The notes below the pieces were generated by a model, which was not told the DNA's origin, searched no databases, and was given only the letters and a program-made list of their open reading frames with translations. The position numbers and the translations under genes were made by a program. A stretch of 63,587 nt of DNA, filler included, from Phoronis australis (taxonomy: Eukaryota > Animalia > Phoronida), in assembly GCA_002633005.1 (NCBI GenBank). It is 4 parts of 4 records of this genome, joined end to end, with 100 filler letters (N's around TTAATTAATTAA, not from the genome) between each part and the next. Parts side by side here need not be neighbours in the genome. Positions count along the whole stretch, not along the records: positions 1 to 12,359 come from NMRA01000198.1; 3 more parts are not named here. The stretch is one strand, 5' to 3'. Below, one piece after another: positions 1 to 10,271 of this stretch; the stretch's first letter is position 1, and each line of letters begins with the position of its first letter.

Positions 1-1044
1 AGAGACGACCTAGGAGAATTTATGCGGGAGTATGCCGAGAAAAACAAAATAATGAGCCGACCACGACGATCTCTGGTAGGAAGTTTCTTCGGTAAAAAAA
101 TTTTGTTGGCGACCCCGCTTCTGAAATGGTACTTGGAACACGGCCTGGAGATAACAAACGTCTATCAAGTGGTCGAATTTGCTCCCGTAAAATGCTTCGA
201 GCGTTTTGGTGAGGAAGTCAGCGACGCTAGGCGGGAAGGGGACAAAGATAAAAACAAAGCGATCGTGGCGCAGACGATGAAACTCATAGGGAACAGCGCG
301 TATGGTAAGACGGTAACGAATCAAGAAAGACATCGTGACGTAAAGTATTGCGGAGAGGCTAAGGCTCAACGGGAAGTCCAATTCCCGGAATTTAGACACG
401 TCAACTACATCGGGGACGAAACCTACGAGTTGGAGATGAAAAAGAAGACCATCCGCCTGAACCTACCGCTTCAAATAGGCTTTTTCGTTTATCAATACAC
501 AAAGTTGCGTATGTTGGAGTTTTACTACGACTTCATGTTAAGATTCGTCGACAGATCCGACTTCGAATATTGCGAAATGGACACAGACTCGGCGTACATG
601 GCTATATCCGGTAACTGCCTTGAGGACGTAATAAAACCAGACATGCGAGCAGCTTTCGAGAGGGAAAAACATCTTTGGTTCCCGCGAACAGACACGGAAG
701 AAAACGAAGCTTACGACACGTGCACACCCGGCTTATTGAAACTGGAATTTGAAGGGGACTACTGCATCGCCCTTTGCTCTAAAACCTATTACGTGGGGGC
801 GGACGACGGTCAATCCCATTTTAGCTGTAAAGGAGTGCAAAGACAAAGAAATGCAATCGACAAGGCGAGGTATCTCAAAGTATTACAGACCACAAAGAGT
901 AGCTCGGCCCTCAACAAAGGATTCCGGTTAGGCGGTGACAACACTATCTATACCTACCTGCAAGAGAGGTGCGCGTTCACCTACTTTTATCCCAAACGAC
1001 AAGTGTTCGACGACGGCGTCGTCACTGGACCTTTGAACATTTAA
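1..1044 (+). CDS. Protein-primed family B DNA polymerase (Polinton-type), C-terminal part, 5'-truncated by the window edge
   Basis: The frame is open from base 1. Motif B KLIGNSAYGK, motif C YCEMDTDSAY, KTY and CKG motifs, and LPLQIGFFVYQY as in Polinton/adintovirus pPolB. No disruptions. Confidence 0.92.
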   Translation, partial: RDDLGEFMREYAEKNKIMSRPRRSLVGSFFGKKILLATPLLKWYLEHGLEITNVYQVVEFAPVKCFERFGEEVSDARREGDKDKNKAIVAQTMKLIGNSAYGKTVTNQERHRDVKYCGEAKAQREVQFPEFRHVNYIGDETYELEMKKKTIRLNLPLQIGFFVYQYTKLRMLEFYYDFMLRFVDRSDFEYCEMDTDSAYMAISGNCLEDVIKPDMRAAFEREKHLWFPRTDTEENEAYDTCTPGLLKLEFEGDYCIALCSKTYYVGADDGQSHFSCKGVQRQRNAIDKARYLKVLQTTKSSSALNKGFRLGGDNTIYTYLQERCAFTYFYPKRQVFDDGVVTGPLNI

Positions 1045-1449
1045 TTCGGACATTTGATCAGTTTGCTATAGACTACTTTTCTGAACGTCTGGATGATTTT
1101 ATATTCGAATGATGATTTTTGTAGTGTTGGTTTGTCATTAATACACGTTTAAACGCTATCGGTTTTATGTTCTGCGTTAGCTGGTCGCTTCTTATTATTA
1201 CGAGTACGATTCGCTTAGTACCGTCAGGGCCTGGGTTAGACTTTACGCGACATCTGTTGTTGGGTTGGGTGGTTATCCCCTTTGGTATACGCCTTTTGTT
1301 TTTGACGAGACAGAACACACAATATACAACGACGACACTCGGCGCACACTAAATAAGGTTTGTTCTTATTCAGCATCCCTCTTTTGTTTCGATTCTCGAT
1401 CCGTTGCTAGGAGCCGCAAATCGGGCATCGAGGTGCCTCTCTAACGGGT

Positions 1450-1577
1450 CCAATTAAACCTATTACGTCATGAGGCGTGACGTCATTGACACATTCGTCC
1501 GGTAGGTGGATGGAGTCCCTTCCGATTGCCGTTAGTACACGTGACCTTTGACCTTTCACATAGATGACCTTTGACCG
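1450..1577. promoter_or_regulatory. Transcription-factor motif cluster in the Polinton terminal region
   Basis: CCAAT 1450, TTACGTCA 1463-1470, TGACGTCA 1478-1485 (CRE/ATF), CACGTG 1538-1543 (E-box), TGACCTTTGACCT 1542-1554 and TGACCTTTGACCG 1565-1577 (DR1 nuclear-receptor type). Function is inferred. Confidence 0.5.
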
Positions 1578-1734
1578 AGACACTCAAAACAGGCGTCCTA
1601 AATGACTTACTATACTACTAAGTATGTTCTGGATATTTAGTTGCATTTTGTTTTGAGAACTACTGTAGGCGTCCTATTGGCCAGTTCTGCTAATATTCCT
1701 AAGCATGTTTGTGTGTAAAAATACAAGAATAGAG

Positions 1735-1874
1735 AATCCTACATGAGTCTCATGTTGATGACACGAGCAAAACTTATTGGAAATTTCATTTAAATCCCGA
1801 GGCTTGCCAAGGGATTTTGATGAAATTTCCAGGAGGTTTTGCCCATGTCATCAATCTGAGATGAGTGTAGGATT
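1735..1874. repeat. Imperfect ~140-bp palindrome (hairpin-type non-autonomous element, possibly Crypton-derived)
   Basis: AATCCTACA...TTGATGACA...GGAAATTTCAT..AAATCCC pairs with GGGATTT..ATGAAATTTCC...TGTCATCAA...TGTAGGATT around a GAGGCTTGCCAA centre. Confidence 0.55.
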
Positions 1875-2514
1875 TGAACCGTAAAAACACTCTTTTTTTC
1901 CGTAAAACTCGACGTGTCTAACTTTCTACCTGTCGTATAATGACACCATGACACAATTACGTCATGATTTCAATTAAATGTTTTGCAAATTAATATATTT
2001 GCTGGACCAGGCTCGACATTAGCGAGTGTCATCTCCTCAGCAAGTACAGTACTCCAGCAGCTGGAATGCTTGCTTCGTGTCTAATCATCACACTGCATCT
2101 GTGTGGAATACGCAGGGGGGTGCCACGCCAGGGACCTCCCCTGGGTGCCATGAGAAAGTTGAGGCTGGGTCAGCAAAAGTTATGCAAGATCTATTTATCG
2201 TGACATACATTTATGTAAGTTTATTAATCTGAAGTATCTCGAATTCGCTGTATATGATAGTCATAATTCTGAGACTAAGAACAGATGGATCCGAATTCAG
2301 ATGTATATTTAAACTCTGACCTCATCGACGAAGTGCAGTTCAACACCAACTGCCGAACTCACTCGATAGCCAGACTTGTCAGACTCGACTCGTCCACGAG
2401 GCCCACCAAGTGTGTGTGCGTGTGAAATAAAAGCAACCCAACGCTGCTCTTTACACGAACGATCACCACACTACTACCACCGTCGTGCCACACCAGTTTA
2501 CTCGCACTTTAGAA

Positions 2515-2878
2515 AATGGACAGCACTATTGATAAAGGAAATGCAAGCTTATGTTGCTTTGCAGATTGCTAAGCCTGATATGGCTGACTACTGGGGATCA
2601 TATTGGTTGACAACGACTACATTCCACGAGGTGATGCCAAGGAACCGATACCAGTTACTGAATGAGTTTCTTCATTTCAATGATAACAACTTGCGGGTAC
2701 CAAGGGGTCAGGATGGCTATGATCTCTTGTTCAAGATACGCCTTTTGATCAATATTACAAATGACAGGTACCTCACCGATATTCCCCTGAGAAAGAACTG
2801 TGTATCGATAAACCGATGATAAAAGTCAAGACGTTTTTTTTTTTCACGCACAAGGCCCTCCAAGCTTGGGGATCACAT
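2515..2878 (+). pseudogene. piggyBac transposase fragment (N-terminal/core)
   Basis: EMQAYVAL..KPDMADYW..FHEVMPRNRYQLLNEFLHFNDN..PRGQDGYDLLFKIRLL, typical of PGBD/DDE_Tnp_1_7. Frameshifted, ending at a KPxKxG-like motif. Confidence 0.85.
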
Positions 2879-2889
2879 CTTGCTATGTT

Positions 2890-3174
2890 AGCACCAAGCT
2901 GTCACCAGATCTGAGGGCCTTGTACAAACACCATCTGGTAGTTCTCACCTTAGATACCGGTGCTGAGTCGAGCATGATTAGAAGTTCCTTTGCTAAGCAA
3001 CTTGGCTTGCCTTTGAAAAAGACAAACTGTAAGCCTTTTCAGGCAGATGGGAGAACACTGCTTGATGTTGTGGGTGAGACTCACATTAATCTTTCTCGGA
3101 ATGATAGGTCCTTGCATCTAGATGCTGTTGTCGTAGATGAGCTTGATGTCAACGTCTTGGCTGGAACTCTATAA
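2890..3174 (+). pseudogene. Ty3/Gypsy retropepsin (aspartic protease) fragment
   Basis: LTLDTGAESSMI active site, QADGRTLLDVVGET flap and terminal VLAG. It is wedged between two piggyBac pieces. Confidence 0.8.
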
Positions 3175-3189
3175 TTATCCCCATAAATA

Positions 3190-3450
3190 TGCGAAGTGGT
3201 ACATAACCATTTTCTCCGGCAAGTTATGTTAGTAAATGCCTGCATAGTTTATTGCAAATCATTACACGAAGGTCAAAAGCAGTTGGATGTAGTGTCGTTT
3301 CGTGAGAAAGTAATCGATGGGTTACTCCAAGGCTGGGATTTGTCGGTCAGTAAGCCTGACAGGTTGATTGGTCGTCATTTTGCTGCTCGTTATGCAGATG
3401 TCAAACACAGACCAGACTGTATTTTGTGCAGCGACAGGACAAAGAGAGAT
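3190..3450 (+). pseudogene. piggyBac transposase C-terminal fragment
   Basis: VMLVNACIVY...FREKVIDGLL...RLIGRHF...RPDCILCSDR, the start of the piggyBac Cys-rich domain. Confidence 0.75.
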
Positions 3451-3662
3451 GGCTATCAATTTGAGTGGGCGTTTCTTCCATCTAGTCTAGTTGTTAGAGA
3501 CCTCGTGGTCCAGTTTGTGTCTGGCTGTTGGCCAAAACGCATGTGTACTCATAGTCGCGCTTAATAAATATATACGTATAGTAAATGTGATCGTTTTAGT
3601 TGGTACATTCGGTCATCACAGTGTCCTTCTTCAGGGGAAGGGACTTGACACATACCCAAGGA

Positions 3663-3830
3663 TGTTGTTGTATTAGCTGACTTTGATAAACCTCCCCTGT
3701 GTGGTTTCCTGTTTCTTGTACTTACTTCCCATGCATTGTAAAGCATAGTGCTGCCCCCTATACTTAATAAAGACCTCTTGACCTCCATATTGTTTTAAGT
3801 TAAGTAGCACATACTACATGGTGGCAATGG
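3663..3830 (+). mobile_element. Gypsy 5' LTR (~156 bp) and primer-binding site
   Basis: TGTTG...AATAAA...TACTACA (ends 3818) is followed immediately by TGGTGGCA (PBS-like), 42 bp before the gag ATG. The LTR start is approximate. Confidence 0.6.
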
Positions 3831-3860
3831 TTTTGTGAACCTAATTGCAAAAATACGATC

Positions 3861-4553
3861 ATGGCAACTTACCACATCCCATCACCATCACCATTAGTGC
3901 TTCAGGGGGATATGGCAGAAAATTGGAAGGAATTTGAATCTTCCTGGAATTATTAAATCATTGCCACAGAACTGCAGCAAAAACTTACGAAGCCTGATGG
4001 CAATCCCAACCCTGCTGGCCAGTTACAGGTAGCAGCAACCCTGTGTGCAGTAATGGGAACAGGTTGCCAAAAAATCATTAACAGTCTCCCAACATTGTTT
4101 GAGGTAGACAAAAGGAATCCTGAGCTCATCCTGAACGCTCTACGAGATCATTTTACTCCCCAAAGACATGTACTATTCGAACGCTATAAGTTTAACGCTG
4201 CCTCCCAAAACCTCAACGAAAGTGATGATGAGTTCATGACTAGACTCCGTCAACTGGCAGTATCGTGTGAATGCAAGACCCCACAGGACAGTCTCATCAG
4301 AGACCGTCTGGTCATTGCCACTACCGACGAACAGCGTCGAGACAGACTCCTTCGAGTACGCCCTGTTCCTGAACTAAATAGAGTCATAGAAAGTCTGAGA
4401 GCAAGCGAACTCTACAGAACTTACAGGCAAACAATGCTACCGACTAGTAATGATAATAAAACTGTTGAATTTGTGTCCAGCCGCAAATTCCAGCAGGGCT
4501 CCAAGGCCAAGAAAAAAAAGGGCACCAGCAGTGCAGAGAGGGATGGCACTTGA
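3861..4553 (+). pseudogene. Gypsy gag (K02A2.6-like), one in-frame stop
   Basis: MATYHIPSPSPLVLQGDMAENWKEFESSW.. with TAA at 3954, in frame with ORF 4053-4553 (FERYKF..Q..ES.DEFMTRLRQLA..C...LIRDRLV). Confidence 0.8.
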
Positions 4554-4554
4554 C

Positions 4555-4985
4555 ATGTGCTCCAGGATGTCAACTGAGGATGTTGACAACCATAAGAAAA
4601 TTAAAGAAGCTTTATTGAAAAGCTTTGTTAACCGAAGACGCTTATAGAAAAAGGTTTTTTCAATCTGCCATTGTAAAGGGGGAAATGGCCGCTCAATTTG
4701 TAGTATGCCTGTCAATGACATCGATCAATATGACATTGATCAATGGTGCGAATTGGACCGAGCAGAAGAATCATTCGAGGGAATACGGACCCTTATAGTT
4801 AAGGACCGATTCCTTCATGCTATTCATAAAGACATAGCATCCTTTGTGAAAGAAAAGGGGTCAGCTCATTAGATGAAGCTTGCTAGGTAGCGAATGTCTA
4901 TATCGATGCACACGGCATCAACCACCAAAGGCCAAAACCCATTCACAGCGGTGATGGGAGGGGCCACCCAAAGGCTAAAAATCCA
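4555..4985 (+). pseudogene. SCAN-like gag fragment of a Gmr1-like Gypsy element
   Basis: SRMSTEDVDNHKKIKEALLKSF.. The nucleotide sequence is visibly homologous to 9420-9790 and 10310-10680. Confidence 0.65.
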
Positions 4986-5638
4986 GAAATTTGTAACATT
5001 TTCAAAACGCTAGTAGCGCTACAACTGCTGAGTCATTTTTGCTTCAACCAATGAACAAAGAGATCACCAGGTCAAAGGCTACTTGGTCGTCTGGTGCACT
5101 TTTCCAATGGAACACAAAACAACAAGAGGTATTTTGATTGATTTTCGACGTTTGGCGCATCCAAAATACAATTTCACAGATCAGAAAGCAACTGGAACTG
5201 TTGAAACTGTTGAAGAAGTATTGGGAAGTGGAAAGAGTAATTACTCAGAGGAAATCAAACAGAGTAAGTACAATTTGAGAATTATTTTTAGTCACGAACA
5301 TTCACTTCTGGGTACAGACTCACCTAACTACAATGTCTAAAGCTAGTGTCTGGGACTGTGTTTGTATAATTTCAAATAATCATCCTATTACCATGGACAT
5401 GTCAAAACCGCCAGTCCATACCTAAAGACAAGTGGAATCTCTATAGTTCTCAACAAAGTGGCCTCGGTAGGTTTTCCTAATGTAATCCTATAGTAATACT
5501 ACTAGTAAGTAGTAGCGGAGAGTCACCAAATGTGAAGCCCTGCTTCGACACTGGTTATGCCTCTGCCACCTCAGGACGACATCATATTCACATCTGCGCC
5601 TCTGTGATTCGTACTAGTTTCACCTTGCCACCAACGTC

Positions 5639-5930
5639 ATGAGTGATGGGAGGGTGCACTGAACCCTCAGTTTCTATGTCACTAGACAAATACTTATAAA
5701 ACAATATTTATACCTTGCTTCCGTATATTGCAGGTGGGTAAAGTTTATGATTATCTTGTCCAGTGGAAAAACTTTCCACACAGTGTATCATCCTGGAAGC
5801 CTGAGTCGTTGTTGACATCACATATCATAACATCATTCAACTGCCCAGATATCTCACTTGAATCACAACCGTTTACAAGGAATACTCTTTACGCATCATT
5901 ACGAATTTCCTCTTGCACCATAGCATAATT
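5639..5930 (+). pseudogene. Chromodomain-encoding remnant
   Basis: GKVYDYLVQWKNFPHSVSSWKPESLL (YLVxW...SWxPxxxL chromo signature) follows a TTGCAG acceptor at 5733. A degenerate FYVTRQIL N-terminal strand lies upstream. Confidence 0.65.
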
Positions 5931-6399
5931 ACTCATCCCATTTCCATCAACACATGCTTGGATTCATTTTGTTTCATAACAAGTTGCTGCAATCCTGTGG
6001 AGTCCAAGTTCGAGGGTACTTGGAGTACAGAAAAGAAGATCTTGACACTGTGAATTTCCCAGAGAATGGCTTTGGAAAAAAGATCACTTTTCCATTTTGA
6101 TTAAGCAAGATGTTCATTTTACGGCTGTCAACTGCAAACAGCTCATGGACAGTTGAAGGAATTACCATGCATACCCTGTGAGCTATGTGTTGGCACAACA
6201 TTTGATATGCACATCTAATGTCCTTAAGTTTATTTTAACTTGTACGTCTGTTGATTTATTTTTCATTACTCATCTCTATTTGTAGCCTCAAAGGTCAACT
6301 TTTGTATTCATACATTTCTCTACGCGACATCTGATAGGTCACCCATATTTCCTTTTTTCAGTTCAACGTGGTCTAGCTCATTCAGCCACTTACCTCGTC

Positions 6400-7025
6400 G
6401 TCTACTAGACCTACGTTCGTTCTCTGCGACGATCTACCACTTCTCGTTCCTCCGATTCACTTCTCTTGTCTTACATTGTTTCGAGCATGGCATCAAGACG
6501 CAAATCTTCAAGTCCTTTTGTGCAGTCTCCATCAGCGCAACCTGCAACACCTTCTGAAATCCAGCCGTCGTCGCACGTCATCAATTATGCCAAGTTGGCC
6601 GCGGAATGAAAACGACTATACGACGCCGATTCTTCAACTCCGCCACTCACCTTTCAACCGCCAAACGTTAGTCAGGCACTGGACCCGTCACCTCCAGTCT
6701 ACCCATCCCAGCATGCCTTTCTTCGCCACATCTTATCCTCCGACGCAGCTACAACTCCGTCCTTTTCGGGTATCGATCCTTCTTCCAATAATTTGTATGT
6801 GTCTGCCTCTGGGATTCCATGACGACTCCAAACCTTGCCAAAGCATCTTCAATAATGAGTTCATTGAATTTTCTTCTCTCCTTTCATGTGAGCCGTCCAT
6901 CTCCTCCGCTAACTCTGTCTCCATCTCCTTCAACGATAACACTCCCATTTTTTCCAGCTCAGCACGTCCAAGGCCCTCTCGTCCATCCTCTAGTGGACCC
7001 AGGCCTTCAATATTTTCCAGTCCAT
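6400..7025 (+). pseudogene. Ngaro/DIRS (tyrosine-recombinase retrotransposon) ORF1/gag remnant
   Basis: Low-complexity P/S/R-rich region, then SIFNNEFIEFSSLL and, in another frame, WTQAFNIFQ. Both resemble conserved Ngaro/DIRS ORF1 motifs. Confidence 0.55.
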
Positions 7026-7790
7026 AAAGAATCATTTTCCAATGTTTGGAATAGCATTCATAAACTCTACCATAAAAATTAAGTCTGTGTTGGTTAACGA
7101 TGTAAAAATATGACTTGGGTGTATACTTCGCAGCTGATTATAAATTCCTTTTACTCCACCTAGGTATTAGTGGGACAACTGCTAATTATGCTAGCATTTA
7201 TTGCAAGGTTCACAAGGAAAGTCATTGGGATGTCTCGAAACCTTATTCGTTTCACAACATCGAGCCTACGCTCCGCACACAAGAAGACTATGAGACGTCC
7301 CACTTGTCCAGTCAGATTGCCTGTAAACATTTTCCTCTAATACGACTGCCAATGTCACATATAATCGAAGATAAGTTTCATTTCTTGTTGCGCGTAACTG
7401 ACTGCCTCACTGAAAATCTTATTGAAGAATGCTTAAAAATGGACATTTTAAAGAAGTATGGTTGTACACAGAGGTCACTTACAAACCTGGATTCTCATTT
7501 AAATTGCCTACTGAAGGCAATCCGGTCATGTGGAGTAAATTTAAAAATTTGGGAAACCAAGCTGCCCAATGGCAAAGATCATTTTGATTATTAGAGCTTG
7601 GTAGGGTACGAAAAAAGAAACTGGTTTGTTCATTGCTCGAAGCACTACTATGTAATGTATTGAATCCTCATACAGAAAATCAAGTTATCAAGCTTTGGTA
7701 TGATTTTGTGATTATTTACAAATCTATTGTTCCTACTGCTGGTGTAGAAATTCATTCCTGTGAGGAACTTTTTGAATTGTCTAAGTAAAA
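7026..7790 (+). pseudogene. RAG1/Transib-like DDE transposase core remnant
   Basis: KESFSNVW..AADYKFLLLHLGISGTTANYASIYCKVHK..W..PL....HIIEDKFHFLLRVTD..AIRSCGV..IWE..LWYDF. This resembles the D-x-K, CxxC and DxLH blocks of RAG1-like/Transib/Chapaev transposases. Stops and frameshifts are present. Confidence 0.65.
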
Positions 7791-8524
7791 GCAGCTTGTC
7801 ATTCGGAAAAGAAGTTTTCATCAAAGGCTACAAGGTTTGTGAAAAATTCTTCTAGTATCTGACTATTTTATGTTTCATGAATGACTACTCTACCCTATAC
7901 CATCCCTAATTACCCACCAATGGCACAACACCTTATACATAACATTTGCAGGAACAGTGTCGATGCTGTGTGCAGCATGTTTTCATGAGTGCCAAGCCTA
8001 CATTTGGTGTTCTCGACGTATTCCTGGTGTGAAATTCCTTGAAGTCACTCACTGACTCACTGAAGTCAAAATTTACAGTGTAATGGATTTTGCTAAATTT
8101 AGGGTACAATAGAAAAGCAACCGTTTTCATGTTGAGCTTAGTAAAAATACAAATCATTAGTTCTCTTGGAGTAACATTTTATCAGCATTAATTATTGCTT
8201 CCGTGCCATTGCATTTTTTTGTGCGTTCACTTTTACGTAGCATACGGAACGACTGACTTGCCAATGAACAGGTTCTTGGTCATTAGTCTTGCTCATTGGA
8301 AATGGCTGCAGACATAACAAGATGCAAGACAAAGCAAGCTAATCAGGTACTTTCATTCTTAAGTGAAACATTAATAATCGTTTTTTCCCTTTAATGTAAA
8401 TATTTGGGTTTACACAAACTAATAATACAGGATATAGAACAAAAGCAAAAACTGGACTGTTAATATCTGCATTACCTAGTTTTGCGTTGCTTCATAATTG
8501 TATGGGAGGACATCATTTTTTCAG

Positions 8525-9166
8525 ATGGGGTTGCGAGCACGAGGCCACAGCCAGGTCATCGTACAAGGCCATAGCCTCGAAACAGCACAAGGGGTTCCAA
8601 GTTAGGGACTCTGGTTTTGGATAAATCCAGGCTATCCCTTTGTGGGAGCTTCACCGGATGGTGTTGTGTCCTGTTCCTGCTGTGGAACAGGTGTTGTTGA
8701 AGTGAAGTGCCCCTATTGTGCAAGGGACAATACAATTACTGAGACAGCTGAGGAGTTCGAAGACTTTTGTTTAAATGTTGAGGATGGTGTCATACTTGGT
8801 TTGAAGACAAATCACCCACACTTTTACCAGTGCCAGTGCCAGTGCCAGCTCTTTTCGTGTAATGCACTGTACTGTGACTTCGTTATATGGAGCGAGAACA
8901 GCATTGTTATACAACGTATTCATCCAGATCCCGAGTTCTTCAGTGAGAATTTTAAAGAGGCTGAACACATATTTAAAACGGGCATTATGCCAGAGCTGGT
9001 TGGCAAATGGTTTTCAAGAAATCCAATCCAACCTCAAGAGGTTGAAGCCATACCATTGTTACCAAATGTATATTGCTATTGCTGTAATGTAGAGTCTGGG
9101 GAAATGGTCATCTTTTCTAATGAGTTGCAAAATCAAGAAATTTCATGTTGCCTGACTAAATTTTAG
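8525..9166 (+). pseudogene. YqaJ/lambda-exonuclease-like protein with degenerate PHD finger (ISL2EU- or Kolobok-type transposon accessory gene)
   Basis: Acceptor at 8524, then WGCEHE...GASPDGVVSCSCCGTGVVEVKCPY...FYQ(CQ)3LF..YCDFVIW...PELVGKWF...YCYC..ESGEMV. Confidence 0.8.
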
Positions 9167-9378
9167 TCATAAATATCTAAAGTGGGTTAACCTTAGGGGG
9201 ACTGAGCACTCTTTGTGAACAAATATATATGGGTTATATGATAGTTGTGGCAGAATCAGCTGGGTTGTGTGCTGACAGATTGCCTGTGTTACATAAGTGT
9301 TGTTTTTGTTTAGGTTCAGCAGCCTGAACAAGTGCCTCTGGCAAAGATTAATTCTTTTAGAATAGTCCATTGAGAGGG

Positions 9379-10270
9379 ATTTAGAGAGCAAATTTCAGAA
9401 TGGATCTGGAAAATTTTCAGAAGTTTTTGAAAAGCTATGTGTTATCAAAAGAGTGTTAAAGAAAAAGGCTTTTTCAATCTGTCATTGAAAAGGGGGAAAC
9501 AGCTGCTCAATTTGTAGCACGCCTGTCAATGCTATTCAACTGCTGTTGGGAAATGGCCCAGGTGGAAGAATCCTTCAGAGGGAATTAGGGCCCTTATAAT
9601 TAAGGACCGATTCCTTCCTGCTATTCATAAAGAACTAGCCCCTTTGTAAAAGAAGAGGGGGTCAGCTCAGAAGAAAAAGCTTGTGAGGTAGCGGATATCT
9701 ATATTGATGCAGACAGCATCAACCCCCAAAGGCCAAGACCCATTCACAGCTGTGATGGGAGAGGCCTCCAAAGGGTAAAAATCCATGTGAAGAATCTCCC
9801 CATGATAGAGAGAATTTATAGAAGTCAAGTAATAACAAACCTTCGAGAGACTTAATTTGTTTTTTGTGTTCAGGGAAGGGGCATGTAGCGAAGGATTGCA
9901 AATATAAAGCATAGGCCAAGGCTGCAGCCATCTCTGTAGTTGATGAGCAAAAACTCGTTGAAGGGGATACAGAGATCTCCAATGATGATGAAATTCGATG
10001 TGCGAACAGATTTCCTGATTTGCTTGTCAAAACGGGCACTGTTAACGGACAAACTGTGTCAGTACTGAGAGATACTGGTTGTACGGGGAACCTGATCAAA
10101 TATTCCGTGGTAACACCAGAACAAATATTAAACCAAACTGGGGATGTTCCCCATTATTTAGCTAATGAACTATCTCTAGTACGTAACAAACATTCGAGCC
10201 GTACCCGATACTCAAATGCTGGCAATTCAGTTGTACCAAACTACAAAAAATCCAAGTACAGGAGTACTTT
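9379..10270 (+). repeat. First copy of a ~890-bp tandem duplication of Gmr1-like gag/protease (probably an allelic or assembly duplicate)
   Basis: Nearly identical to 10272-11163, with scattered substitutions and small indels. The copies are joined by a single N at 10271. Confidence 0.8.
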
Positions 10271-10271
10271 N

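Larger units (their letters stand above)
1..1619 (+). mobile_element. Right end of a Polinton/Maverick (adintovirus-like) element: pPolB plus terminal region
   Basis: Open pPolB ORF followed by a CpG-rich tract ending ...GACTTACTATACTACT at 1619. The reverse complement begins AGTAGTATAGT, the typical Polinton terminus. Composition switches to AT-rich host sequence after 1620 (AAGTAT is the candidate 6-bp TSD). Confidence 0.85.

Noticed and set aside
6733-7035. 100-aa minus-strand ORF that might break the + strand orientation pattern
   Set aside because: It is the antisense shadow of the pyrimidine-rich Ngaro/DIRS ORF1; the recognisable motifs are on the + strand.
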